From a bacterium (GTDB lineage: Bacteria; Patescibacteriota; Minisyncoccia; Minisyncoccales; DG-74-3), in assembly GCA_030603245.1 (NCBI GenBank), contig JAUVYE010000004.1, positions 1-54,239 on the forward strand: DNA of 54,239 bases, given 5' to 3'. The position numbers and the translations under genes were made by a program. Each line of letters opens with the position of its first letter. Position 1 is the first letter of the stretch. Shown piece after piece: positions 26,029-35,707 of this stretch. The notes under the pieces were generated by a model. It had not been told where the DNA came from, did no database searches, and saw only the letters and a list, made by a program, of their open reading frames with translations.

Positions 26029-26583
26029 TTAATATTGAGGGGTTTCGATCTTGGCTAAAGCAGTAAACGGCCAAGCTCTTATAAAAACTTTTCCAATAAT
26101 ATATTCTCTATTTAAAGTTCCCCAGCTTCGGGAATCAGAAGAAAGGCCTCTATTGTCCCCTAAAACAAAATACTCGTTTTCGTCTAAAGAAGTTTTCGCT
26201 TGTCCTGGGGTTTTTGCATTAGAAGAAAGATATTCTCTTTCATCTAAAACCTGTTTACCGTCTCCAGAATAAACCATAACTGAACCAGAATTTATTTCAA
26301 CCAGTTCTCCTGGAAGACCAATAATTCTTTTAATATAACGCTGTGAGGGATTATTGGGATATTTGAAAACTACAACATCCCCTCTTTTAATGTCTGAAAA
26401 CCTATAAGATAGTTCATCAATAATTAAATAATCGCCATCTTGAAAACTAGGCTCCATTGACTGTCCCCTTACAAAAAATGGCTGGAATAAAAAATAGCGA
26501 ATAGGAACTACTATTATTAGAGCAATAATAACTATTTTAAAAACCTCCCAAATGAATATAAAAAACGAAAAAACTGCTTTCAT
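26029..26583 (-). CDS. lepB: Signal peptidase I
   Basis: GQSMEPS, YIKRIIGLPG, GDNR..S.DSR; alternative start at 26604. Confidence 0.93.
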   Translation of the reverse strand: MKAVFSFFIFIWEVFKIVIIALIIVVPIRYFLFQPFFVRGQSMEPSFQDGDYLIIDELSYRFSDIKRGDVVVFKYPNNPSQRYIKRIIGLPGELVEINSGSVMVYSGDGKQVLDEREYLSSNAKTPGQAKTSLDENEYFVLGDNRGLSSDSRSWGTLNREYIIGKVFIRAWPFTALAKIETPQY

Positions 26584-26654
26584 ACTCTTTTGATTATATC
26601 TCATTTTTTATGATGAATCAAGAAATTTTGAACAAGAAATGCTAAAATAAAAAC

Positions 26655-27179
26655 ATGATTATTATCATTGGTTTGGGCAATCCAGGAGAAAAATTTAAAG
26701 ACACAAGACATAATATTGGTTTTGAAGTCTTAGATAAAATTAAGGAAGAGAATGATTTTCCTGATTTTGCTTTTTCTAAAAAGTTCAATGCTCAAGTTTC
26801 AAAAGGAATTTTAAATCAAGAAAAAACTATTTTAGCAAAACCTCAAACCTTTATGAATTCTTCTGGTAAGTCAGTAAAAGCTTTAACACAATATTACAAA
26901 AAAGCAAAACTAATAATAGTTCACGATGATATTGATATTTTATTGGGAAAAGTTAAGTTTTCTAAAGATTCAGGATCAGCTGGCCATAAGGGGGTGGAAT
27001 CTGTTATTAATAACTTAGGAACAAAAGATTTTATGAGATTAAGAATCGGCATTGTCCCGCTAAAAGGCAAACCCAAAGAAACAGAAAAATTTGTTCTCAA
27101 GAAGTTTACAAAAAAAGAAAAGGAGATTATAAAAAAGATAATTGAAGAAATTAGTGAAACTGTTAAAAAATTGATATGA
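26655..27179 (+). CDS. pth: Peptidyl-tRNA hydrolase
   Basis: GLGNPG, TRHNIG, KPQTFMN.SG, VHDDID. Confidence 0.95.
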   Translation: MIIIIGLGNPGEKFKDTRHNIGFEVLDKIKEENDFPDFAFSKKFNAQVSKGILNQEKTILAKPQTFMNSSGKSVKALTQYYKKAKLIIVHDDIDILLGKVKFSKDSGSAGHKGVESVINNLGTKDFMRLRIGIVPLKGKPKETEKFVLKKFTKKEKEIIKKIIEEISETVKKLI

Positions 27180-29206
27180 AAATAATAATAGTTGAAAGTC
27201 CCACCAAGGCTAAAACAATCACAAACTTCTTGGGACCAAAATACAAGGTCCTGTCTTCTTATGGACATGTTAGGGACTTGCCTAAAAGCACATTAGGAAT
27301 AGATATTGAAAATGATTTTAAGCCCAAATATATTATTCCGACCAAGGCTAGAAAAAACCTTAACATATTAAAAAAAGAGGTTGAAAAAGCTGATTTGGTT
27401 ATCTTGGCTACTGATGAAGATAGAGAGGGAGAAGCAATAGCCTGGCATTTAGCTCAAGCCATGAAACTAAAAGACAATTATGAAAGAATTGTTTTTCATG
27501 AAATTACTAAAAAAGCAATAGAAAAAGCTTTAGACAATCCAAGAAAAATTAATATTGACCTTGTTGACGCTCAACAAGCACGCAGAATTTTAGACAGACT
27601 TGTTGGTTATAAGTTATCTCCATTTTTATGGAAAAAAGTGGCCAGAGGACTATCGGCCGGAAGAGTTCAGTCAATAGCAGTAAGATTAGTGGCTGAAAGA
27701 GAAAAAGAGATTGAAGATTTTATTTCTCAAGAATATTGGACTATAGTGGCTAAACTCCTTAAACTCAAAGCGCAAAACGCGTTTGAAGCTATATTGATTA
27801 AAAAAGATGGAGAAAGAATTAACAGGTTAGACATAAAAAACAAAAAACAATCAGATCAAATCTTAAAAGATTTAGATGGGGCTGAATACAAAATAGCCAA
27901 TATTCAGAAAAAAGAACTAAAGAGAAATCCTTTACCACCATTCACTACAAGTTCCTTGCAACGAGAGGCCTGGAAAAGATTTCACTGGTCAGCCAAAATG
28001 ACTATGAGAAATGCCCAAAATCTATATGAAAAAGGGTTTATTACTTATCACAGAACTGATTCTGTTAATCTAAGCAATTTGGCCTTAACTACAACCAAGA
28101 AGTATGTTATAGAGAATTTTGGCCAAAAATATTGGGCAGGATTTTTTAGAAAATATAAGGCCAAAGGAAGAGCTCAAGAAGCTCATGAAGCAATTAGACC
28201 AACTTTTGTAAATCAAAGGCCTGAAAACCTAAAAACCAAATTAGATAATAGACAGTTTAAATTATATGATCTCGTTTGGAGAAGATCAGTTGCATCTCAA
28301 ATGAGCCAAGCAATTTTTGATTCAACCTCAGTAGATATTTCTGCTAAAAATTATACTTTTAGAACCAATGGACAGGTTTTAAAATTTGATGGCTTTTTAA
28401 AAGTTAATCCAATCCAATATGAAGAAAAAGAATTACCTCAGCTTACAAAAGAAGAAGTTTTGGAATTAACAGAATTAATCCCCTCTCAACACTTTACCAA
28501 ACCTCCTGCCAGATATACTGAAGCCACTTTGATTAAATCTTTGGAAGAACATGGAATTGGTAGGCCATCCACCTATGCTCCCATTATGTCAACAATTCAA
28601 GATAGAAATTATGTTCAAAAAAATGAAAACAAAAGATTTGAACCAACTGAAATTGGAATAGTGGTAAACAATCTTTTAGTGGAGCATTTTCCTAAAATAG
28701 TTGATATTGGTTTTACAGCTAAAATGGAAAAGGATTTAGATAATATAGTGAATGATAAAGAAGAATGGGTACCTATAATTAAAAAATTCTATGGCCCTTT
28801 TGAAAAGAACCTAAAGCAAAAAGAAAAGGAAATTTCTAAAAAAGATATTGCCCAAGAAACAACAAACAAAATATGTCCTGAATGCGGTTCTCCAATATTA
28901 ATCAGATTAGGTAGGTTTGGAAGGTTTTATGCTTGCTCTAATTTTCCAAAATGTAAATATACTGAACCTTTAGAAAAACAAGATTTAGATATTAAGTGCC
29001 CCAAATGCAAAAAAGGAGAAATTGTTTTAAAAAGAACCAGAAAAGGAAAAATCTTTTATGCTTGCAATCAATATCCTAAATGTGATTTTGCTTTATGGGA
29101 TAAGCCTATTAAAGAAACGTGTCCAAAATGTGGAGCATTGTTGGTTGAAAAAGGAAAACTGATTAAGTGTTCGAACAAAGGGTGTGATTTCAAAAAAAAG
29201 AAGTGA
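27176..29206 (+). CDS. topA: DNA topoisomerase I
   Basis: IVESPTKAK, ATDEDREGE, SAGRVQS, ITYHRTDS; C-terminal Zn ribbons. Confidence 0.96.
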   Translation: MKIIIVESPTKAKTITNFLGPKYKVLSSYGHVRDLPKSTLGIDIENDFKPKYIIPTKARKNLNILKKEVEKADLVILATDEDREGEAIAWHLAQAMKLKDNYERIVFHEITKKAIEKALDNPRKINIDLVDAQQARRILDRLVGYKLSPFLWKKVARGLSAGRVQSIAVRLVAEREKEIEDFISQEYWTIVAKLLKLKAQNAFEAILIKKDGERINRLDIKNKKQSDQILKDLDGAEYKIANIQKKELKRNPLPPFTTSSLQREAWKRFHWSAKMTMRNAQNLYEKGFITYHRTDSVNLSNLALTTTKKYVIENFGQKYWAGFFRKYKAKGRAQEAHEAIRPTFVNQRPENLKTKLDNRQFKLYDLVWRRSVASQMSQAIFDSTSVDISAKNYTFRTNGQVLKFDGFLKVNPIQYEEKELPQLTKEEVLELTELIPSQHFTKPPARYTEATLIKSLEEHGIGRPSTYAPIMSTIQDRNYVQKNENKRFEPTEIGIVVNNLLVEHFPKIVDIGFTAKMEKDLDNIVNDKEEWVPIIKKFYGPFEKNLKQKEKEISKKDIAQETTNKICPECGSPILIRLGRFGRFYACSNFPKCKYTEPLEKQDLDIKCPKCKKGEIVLKRTRKGKIFYACNQYPKCDFALWDKPIKETCPKCGALLVEKGKLIKCSNKGCDFKKKK

Positions 29207-29236
29207 GATTGTTCTCACTATTTTGAAACTATAGGC

Positions 29237-29794
29237 TCATGGACTTTTTAGAAGTTTCATGACTAAGTTTTCATCGAAATGATGCATTCTCTTGCCATAC
29301 CAACTTGACGATAAGGATTCAATACCTCTTCTATCAAAGAGCTCCATTTCTATTATGGATTCTATTGCTTTTTCAAGGATTTCACAAGGAATTCCTGTTA
29401 AAACAAAGTGTTCTCTGATACCAAACAGGCCCTCTTCCCCCTCGTCAGCAATCTCTGTTTTTTTAGCCTCTTCTAAATCCATACTTACTGGATTTCCCCA
29501 CCTGTCAAAGCATTCGTAATCTTCCAGCTTCTTAAGTATTATCTTTCCGGGATCAATATCTTTTTTGATGATTGCGGAAAACATCTTTCCAAGCGCGCCT
29601 CTGGCTGCGCGTTCAATCATTTCTTTTTCGCTCTGACCTGAAAGATATTGCGCTTCTTTCTTGAATGGTTCCCAGTACTTGCCAGTCGGTTTTTCTGTTA
29701 ATGTTAGCAATGCCATTTCCTTACCCTTTTCCCCTGTAACCACGCAGACAGCTACAGAACGGCGAGGGCTTAGAGCTCTTCTTAACATCGTCAC
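29237..29794 (-). CDS. Hypothetical protein
   Basis: 185-aa ORF, GC-richer than neighbours, beside tRNA-Leu; start uncertain. Confidence 0.6.
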   Translation of the reverse strand: MTMLRRALSPRRSVAVCVVTGEKGKEMALLTLTEKPTGKYWEPFKKEAQYLSGQSEKEMIERAARGALGKMFSAIIKKDIDPGKIILKKLEDYECFDRWGNPVSMDLEEAKKTEIADEGEEGLFGIREHFVLTGIPCEILEKAIESIIEMELFDRRGIESLSSSWYGKRMHHFDENLVMKLLKSP

Positions 29795-29889
29795 CAGGTC
29801 CCTTGTCTAATATCAATTTAATTGATTTTTTTAAAAAAATCAATAGATTGACGCCGGAAGCAAAAATTGCTAACTTTTAAGCATAATAA

Positions 29890-29976
29890 GCCGAAGTGGC
29901 GGAACTGGTTTACGCGTAGGTCTCAAAAACCTATGAGAGCAATCTCATGTGGGTTCAACTCCCACCTTCGGCACCA
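29890..29976 (+). tRNA. tRNA-Leu (CAA)
   Basis: GCCGAAG/CTTCGGC acceptor stem, TAGGT-CT-CAA-AA-ACCTA anticodon arm, long variable arm, GGTTCAACTCC, A73 plus encoded CCA. Confidence 0.96.
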
Positions 29977-30002
29977 AAAAACTGCTCCAAAAGAGCAGTT
30001 TT
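29977..30002 (+). terminator. Terminator after tRNA-Leu
   Basis: aaaactgctc-caaaa-gagcagtttt. Confidence 0.75.
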
Positions 30003-30050
30003 GCATTGACAAAGATATTAAAAAATGCTTTAATCTGACACAGATGAACA

Positions 30051-30443
30051 ATGGTAATGGTAAAAGCCGAAGTTCAAGAAAGAAAAATAGCAAACAATCT
30101 TGTCTCGCTACATTTCCAAACCGAGGAACCGATCTTCAGACGCACAGAGCATTTCCACAAAGATTTGTTCTTTCACACAAAGAAGCATTTAAACTATTTT
30201 GCTAACTACATAGGACAGGAAGCCATGAATCTAGTTGAAAAGATTATGGGAATGAAAAATGTAACGTCAATCACTATCTTTCACTGCGACAAACGCGCCA
30301 TTGATTACAACAACCAAAGATTAGTTGTGAACATAGACACAACAAACACAAAAAAAAGAAGTATTCCGGGTATAAAATCCTATATAAAAAGACTCTTGAC
30401 CGCAATGCCAATCGAGAAAGGAATTGTCAAAATAGCACACTAA
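30051..30443 (+). CDS. Hypothetical protein
   Basis: 130-aa ORF with TTGACA at 30006-30011 upstream. Confidence 0.55.
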   Translation: MVMVKAEVQERKIANNLVSLHFQTEEPIFRRTEHFHKDLFFHTKKHLNYFANYIGQEAMNLVEKIMGMKNVTSITIFHCDKRAIDYNNQRLVVNIDTTNTKKRSIPGIKSYIKRLLTAMPIEKGIVKIAH

Positions 30444-30482
30444 GCTTCAGGTTCCTTAAACCACAAAAGCGACTAATGAAAA

Positions 30483-31001
30483 TTAGTCTTTTTTTAATTC
30501 CTTGCCAACTCGATTAACAATGAGAGTAGAAATAATTCCAACCAAAGCACCCACAACAATATCCGAAGGCCAATGAACCCCAGAAAAAACCCTGGCTATT
30601 GAAATTAATGAAGCTGATATTAGAAAAACAAGACCAGCTTTTTTATGATGAAAATAAATGCTTGTTGCTATGGCAAAATAAAAAGCAGCGTGAGCTGAGG
30701 GAAAAGAAGCAGTAACTGGATGCTGAATCAATAAATAGATTTGTTTTCCTACAAAAGGACGAAGCTTTGGCCATAATTGACGAATAATATCTACAAAAAT
30801 TTCTTTAGCCAAAATAGCAGCAAAAAACGCTTCAACAATCATGTAAATATGTTTTCTAAAATTTCTAGCTAAAAATAAAATCAAAAGAAAAATAAAAACA
30901 TACTCAAAGTATTGGGCAAAAAATATAGCTAGTGTGTCTAACCAAAAATATTTTCCAGCAAACCTATTTATTTCTCCAAAAAGATAGAAGTCTAAACTCA
31001 T
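30483..31001 (-). CDS. PAP2-family phosphatase (undecaprenyl-diphosphatase BcrC-like)
   Basis: RPF, SFPSAH, ARVFSGVHWPSD. Confidence 0.9.
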   Translation of the reverse strand: MSLDFYLFGEINRFAGKYFWLDTLAIFFAQYFEYVFIFLLILFLARNFRKHIYMIVEAFFAAILAKEIFVDIIRQLWPKLRPFVGKQIYLLIQHPVTASFPSAHAAFYFAIATSIYFHHKKAGLVFLISASLISIARVFSGVHWPSDIVVGALVGIISTLIVNRVGKELKKD

Positions 31002-31615
31002 TGAAAATATTTCATTAGTTCTTCTTTTTTTATGTCTCCTTTTCTCAAGACTTTTAACTCTTTGCCAATCAAATCAACTACTGTAGACGATTGGGAAGAA
31101 TTTAAAATTCCAGCATCAACGACCAGGTCTGGCTGAAATTTCTCATTTTTAAACTGGGCAATAATATTATTAATATCTAAAGAGGAAGGTTCTCCAGCCA
31201 AATTGGCTGAAGTTCCGCTTAAAGACTTATTAATTTTATCAAGTAGAGCATTAAGAGGAGCATAATTAGGAACTCTTAATCCAATTGTTTTACCCTCTAC
31301 TAAAACTCCTTGAGGAAAATCAATCTTAGCTTTTAAAACTACTGTTACTTTGCCAGGCCAAACCTTTTCTAAAAATCTCTCTTGTTTTTCGCTAATAATG
31401 GCTATTTGTTTGGCCACTTCAATGTCTTTTATAAAAACAGGGATTGGTTTTTTTAGATCTCTTTTTTTAATCTGAAAAAGTTTTTGTATTGCTTCTTGGT
31501 TGGTGGCATCACAAATTAGCCCATAAACCGTATCTGTTGGAAAAACAATCACACCATTTTCTTCAATCACTTTTATTGATTCTTCTAGGCTATCAACAAC
31601 ACTAATTTTTTTCAT
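30998..31615 (-). CDS. tsaC: Threonylcarbamoyl-AMP synthase (Sua5/TsaC)
   Basis: [12 protein letters not shown]...KP, TSAN, STVVD. Confidence 0.92.
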   Translation of the reverse strand: MKKISVVDSLEESIKVIEENGVIVFPTDTVYGLICDATNQEAIQKLFQIKKRDLKKPIPVFIKDIEVAKQIAIISEKQERFLEKVWPGKVTVVLKAKIDFPQGVLVEGKTIGLRVPNYAPLNALLDKINKSLSGTSANLAGEPSSLDINNIIAQFKNEKFQPDLVVDAGILNSSQSSTVVDLIGKELKVLRKGDIKKEELMKYFQ

Positions 31616-32880
31616 TTTAAATTCTTATTTCTTACTTCTTTAAACTCAGAGTAAAAAAGAGTATTGTTTTCAATATTTTTTCTAACCAAAGAATTAGGAC
31701 CAATCAAAACATTAGAACCAATTAAAACTCCGGGCATTAAAGAGCTATGAATTCCTATTTTTGTATTTTGACCAATTATAGTTCCAAAAGACTTTAAGTC
31801 TGTATCGATTTTTTCTCCCTTAACCACAGATTTAATGTTTCCCCTATCTAATCTGACATTAGCAGTAATTGTTCCTGCCCCAATTTTACAATCTTTATCA
31901 AAAATTGAATCACCAAAAAATCCAGAATGAACGCTGACCCCTTCTTGAAAAATAGATCTTACAACTTCAGCATTGGCCCCAATCAAAACATTGTCTTCCA
32001 AATTTACGTATTCACGAACTAGGGCATTATTTCCAATAATACAGTTTTTACCAATATAGCAGGGACCTTTAATAACTGCGTTTTCAAAAACTCTTGTATT
32101 GTCTCCAATAAAAACTTTTCCTTCAATCTTAGCACTTTTGGCAATTTTTGCTTTTTTACTGATTTTTGGTTTTAAAAACCTATTGATTAAAAATCTATTG
32201 CTATCAAATATATGCCAAGGAAATTTTAAAGCAAGAGTGTCTCTATTAACCATGACTACTCTCTCATCTTTTTCTTTTGCATAAGCTAAAAGAGCGTCTT
32301 CAAGAGAATAGGGATTACTTGGTACTTTTTCCAAATAAGACAAAAATTCTTTGGGTAAAAAATAGACTCCAACTATTTTTAGATTAGAGGGTTCTTTGCC
32401 TGGTTTTGGTTTTTCAATCAAATCTATAACCTTATCTTTTTTAACTTTCAAAATACCAAACAACCAGGGCGTGTTGGTTTTGCCAGCAACTAAAATTAAT
32501 CCGTTTTTTTCTTTTAAGCGTTTGAACTTTTTTAAGATTGGCTCCACATAATATTCAATATCAATCCTTTCTGCATTCAAAACAAAAAACTGACCCTTAA
32601 TTAGTTTTTTAACTTTTAAAATAGCATCTCCAGTGCCAGTCGGCTTTGTCTGAACAACATATTTTACTCTTTGTGAAAGTTTATATTGTTTCAACTCTTT
32701 TTCTAAAACTTTGTTCTTGCCTTGAACAATAATTATTTCTTTTATCCCCTTGGTTCTTTCTAAACCTTTAATAACGTGCCAAATCAAAGGCTTGCCCATA
32801 ATTTTCATTAAGGATTTATGCTCATTATTCAAGGGCCAGAAACGAGAAGACTGGCCTGCAGCCAAAATTACTACTTGCAT
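31612..32880 (-). CDS. Bifunctional sugar-1-phosphate nucleotidylyltransferase/acetyltransferase (archaeal GlmU-like)
   Basis: [15 protein letters not shown]; hexapeptide repeats; [13 protein letters not shown]. Confidence 0.85.
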   Translation of the reverse strand: MQVVILAAGQSSRFWPLNNEHKSLMKIMGKPLIWHVIKGLERTKGIKEIIIVQGKNKVLEKELKQYKLSQRVKYVVQTKPTGTGDAILKVKKLIKGQFFVLNAERIDIEYYVEPILKKFKRLKEKNGLILVAGKTNTPWLFGILKVKKDKVIDLIEKPKPGKEPSNLKIVGVYFLPKEFLSYLEKVPSNPYSLEDALLAYAKEKDERVVMVNRDTLALKFPWHIFDSNRFLINRFLKPKISKKAKIAKSAKIEGKVFIGDNTRVFENAVIKGPCYIGKNCIIGNNALVREYVNLEDNVLIGANAEVVRSIFQEGVSVHSGFFGDSIFDKDCKIGAGTITANVRLDRGNIKSVVKGEKIDTDLKSFGTIIGQNTKIGIHSSLMPGVLIGSNVLIGPNSLVRKNIENNTLFYSEFKEVRNKNLK

Positions 32881-33824
32881 AAACTTATTATTGTTTTAGC
32901 TAATTTTTTAGGATCGTGTTCAATTAAACTTTTTAATAAAAGATTTTTACCAATAAATTTTTCTATAGGCAAATCTTTATTTATTTCAACCAATTTAAGC
33001 AATTCTGGGTGTTTTTTTCTGTATTTTCTGATTATCTCTTTATTGGGAACAAAATTGTTGTAAATTACATAATCTAATTCTTTTTTTAGATATTTTTCTA
33101 TTTCTTTTACAAAATCCAAAACAGTAAAATTATTAGTTTCTCCATGCTTTGTCATTAAGTTACAGATATAAACCGATTTCCCTTTACTTTTTTCAATAGC
33201 TTCGGGAATTCCTTTCGTCAATAAAATTTGGGCAAGCGAGGAATATAAATCTCCTGGCCCAATAATAATTAAATCTGCTTTTTTTATTGTTTCTAAAGCC
33301 CTGGGATAAGCTTTGGCTTTTGGTTTTAAAAATACTTTTTTAATTTTTAATCTTCCATTATGTTTCGGAATGTCAATATTGGTTTCGCCCGAAATTATCT
33401 TTCCATTTTCTAAAATTGCGTAAAGATTTGCTTTGTCAAGAGTCACCGGCAGAACCTGATGTTGAACATTTAAGATTTTACTTACTTCTTTAATAGTTTT
33501 TTCATAATCGTTTGTGGCTAACTCTAAAGCAGTAATAAAGAGATTAGCAAAACTATGACCTTTTAACTCGCCTACTTGAAATCTGTAATCAAAAAGTTCA
33601 GCAATAGCAGGAGAAGTATTAGCTAAGGCAATAAATGCTCTTTTAATATCGCCCGGAGAAACAATCTTGTAATCTTTTCTTAATCTTCCTGACGAGCCCC
33701 CAGAATCTAACATAGCACAAATCGCTGATATCTTTACTGGATATTTTTTAAGCCCCATTAAAACCGCCTTGGGCATGGCATTTCCTCCTCCCAAACAAAC
33801 TATTTTTTTCTTTCTCTTTGACAT
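32871..33824 (-). CDS. YvcK/GlmR-family (CofD-like) protein
   Basis: [38 protein letters not shown]. Confidence 0.9.
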   Translation of the reverse strand: MSKRKKKIVCLGGGNAMPKAVLMGLKKYPVKISAICAMLDSGGSSGRLRKDYKIVSPGDIKRAFIALANTSPAIAELFDYRFQVGELKGHSFANLFITALELATNDYEKTIKEVSKILNVQHQVLPVTLDKANLYAILENGKIISGETNIDIPKHNGRLKIKKVFLKPKAKAYPRALETIKKADLIIIGPGDLYSSLAQILLTKGIPEAIEKSKGKSVYICNLMTKHGETNNFTVLDFVKEIEKYLKKELDYVIYNNFVPNKEIIRKYRKKHPELLKLVEINKDLPIEKFIGKNLLLKSLIEHDPKKLAKTIISLCK

Positions 33825-33869
33825 TTTCTTCCTTTAAAGTAGAATAAAATTATCTTAAAGTCAAAGTAA

Positions 33870-35129
33870 ATGACAGACAAATTTTTAATTACAGGTGGCA
33901 AACCTCTTTCTGGAGAAATAACTGTATCGGGTTATAAAAACTCAGCCGGAGCTATTTTGGCTGGTGTTTTGCTTTCAGAACAACCATCTATTATAGATAA
34001 TCTTCCTTTAGTTTCTGATGTTTTAAATCAAATTGAAATCCTTAAAAAAATGGGGGCTGAAATTGAATGGTTGGATAAAAACAAAATTAAAATTAATCCA
34101 GTCAATATTCATCCTCAAAAAATTCCAGTAGATTTGTTTGAAAAAATGAGGGTTTCTGTTTTATTAATGGGCCCTCTTTTAGCAAGGTTTAAAAAAATAA
34201 AAGTACCCAGTCCTGGAGGAGACAAAATCGGGTTAAGGCCAATCACAACACATATTGAAGCTTTTAAAAAATTAGGGGTAAAAATAAAGAGAGAAGATGG
34301 TTTTTATATTCTTGAAGCACCAGAAAAAACACAAGGAACAAGAGTTGTTTTAAAAGAATTTTCTGTTACTGCCACTGAAAATATAATGATGCTAGCAGCC
34401 TTAGCTAATGGTAAAACAATTATTGAAATTGCAGCTGCTGAACCACAGGTTCAAGATCTTGGTAATCTTCTAAAAAAAATGGGGGTTGAAATAAAGGGAG
34501 TTGGAACCCACACAATTGAAATAATTGGTAAACCAAAATTGTCTGGAACAGAGTTTTCTATCTGCCCTGACCCATTAGAAGCAGGTACTTTTATGATTGC
34601 TTTAGCCATTACTCATGGACAAGGAAAAATCAAAAAAGTAAACCCTAATCATTTATCTTTCTTTTTAGAAAAAATGAGAGATATTGGAGTAAATTTTAAA
34701 GTTCAAGGAGATGAAATTCATGTTTTTCAAACTCAAGAATTTAAGCCAACTAGAATTCAGGCCCTACCCTATCCCGGCTTTCCTACTGACCTTCAACCAC
34801 AAACCTCAGTCTTACTTACTCAAGCCCAAGGAAAAAGCCTGATTCATGAACCTTTATATGAAAACAGATTCAATCATTTGCATGAATTAAGAAAAATGGG
34901 AGCTGATATTGAAATTACTGATCCTCATCGTGCTTTAATCTTTGGAAAAACCAAATTAATTGCTAACAGAATAAAAGCCCCAGACATCAGGGCTGGAGCA
35001 ACTTTAATAATAGCCGGCTTAATAGCTGAGGGTAAAACTTTAATCGGAGATATTTCTCAAATTGAAAGAGGTTACGAAAATATTGATCAAAAATTAAGAA
35101 AATTAGGAGCTCAGATAGAAAGAGTGTAG
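33870..35129 (+). CDS. murA: UDP-N-acetylglucosamine 1-carboxyvinyltransferase
   Basis: KNS, PGGDKIGLRP, SVTATEN, PYPGFPTDLQ, DIRAG, IERGY. Confidence 0.95.
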   Translation: MTDKFLITGGKPLSGEITVSGYKNSAGAILAGVLLSEQPSIIDNLPLVSDVLNQIEILKKMGAEIEWLDKNKIKINPVNIHPQKIPVDLFEKMRVSVLLMGPLLARFKKIKVPSPGGDKIGLRPITTHIEAFKKLGVKIKREDGFYILEAPEKTQGTRVVLKEFSVTATENIMMLAALANGKTIIEIAAAEPQVQDLGNLLKKMGVEIKGVGTHTIEIIGKPKLSGTEFSICPDPLEAGTFMIALAITHGQGKIKKVNPNHLSFFLEKMRDIGVNFKVQGDEIHVFQTQEFKPTRIQALPYPGFPTDLQPQTSVLLTQAQGKSLIHEPLYENRFNHLHELRKMGADIEITDPHRALIFGKTKLIANRIKAPDIRAGATLIIAGLIAEGKTLIGDISQIERGYENIDQKLRKLGAQIERV

Positions 35130-35707
35130 CTTTGAGCTAATTGAAAAGTTTGTAAATTAAGTTCCAAATATTTATCTGGAACTATTTTTTTTGCAGCTTT
35201 TAAAACAGAAAAAGCTTTTAAAGGAATTAAACCCTTAAGTACTGCCAAACTTATTAAATAAATACCAGCCAGTACTTCTTTGTTAAGCTCTTTTTTACAA
35301 ATATTAGTAGCTGGAACTAAGGCTATTTTGTTTGAAAATCCTTTAAGTTGTTTTAAAACCTGACTCTTGTCTGGTTTTTTTGTACCTGGAATGGACTTTA
35401 CAAAGTCATTAATCAAAAACATGGTTTTAGAATCTTTGGAAGCATAGTAACAAGCTCTTAAAGCTTCTTGAAGTTCAAGAGAAATGATTAAATCAGCTCC
35501 ACCCTGTCTTATTAGCGGCGAATCAACCTTAGAACCAAAACGAATAGCTGTTTCTACCGAACCCCCTCTTTGCGATAAGCCATGAAGTTCAGAAGTTTTA
35601 ACATCAAAACCATCAATCAAAGCTGCTTTGGCTAAAATTTTGGTTATGGTTATTAAACCTTGACCTCCTATTCCACTGATAATGATATTAAAATTTTTCT
35701 TTTTCAT
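35111..35707 (-). CDS. iorB: Indolepyruvate:ferredoxin oxidoreductase beta subunit
   Basis: GIGGQG, SELHGLSQRGGSV; ATG 35707 overlaps the iorA stop. Confidence 0.88.
   Translation of the reverse strand: MKKKNFNIIISGIGGQGLITITKILAKAALIDGFDVKTSELHGLSQRGGSVETAIRFGSKVDSPLIRQGGADLIISLELQEALRACYYASKDSKTMFLINDFVKSIPGTKKPDKSQVLKQLKGFSNKIALVPATNICKKELNKEVLAGIYLISLAVLKGLIPLKAFSVLKAAKKIVPDKYLELNLQTFQLAQSYTLSI

Noticed and set aside
29980-29990. GCTCC just after tRNA-Leu as a possible att site
   Set aside because: It is part of the terminator stem and lacks the GGAC/AGAAC elements.
29867-30205. 112-aa + strand ORF
   Set aside because: It overlaps tRNA-Leu and its terminator.
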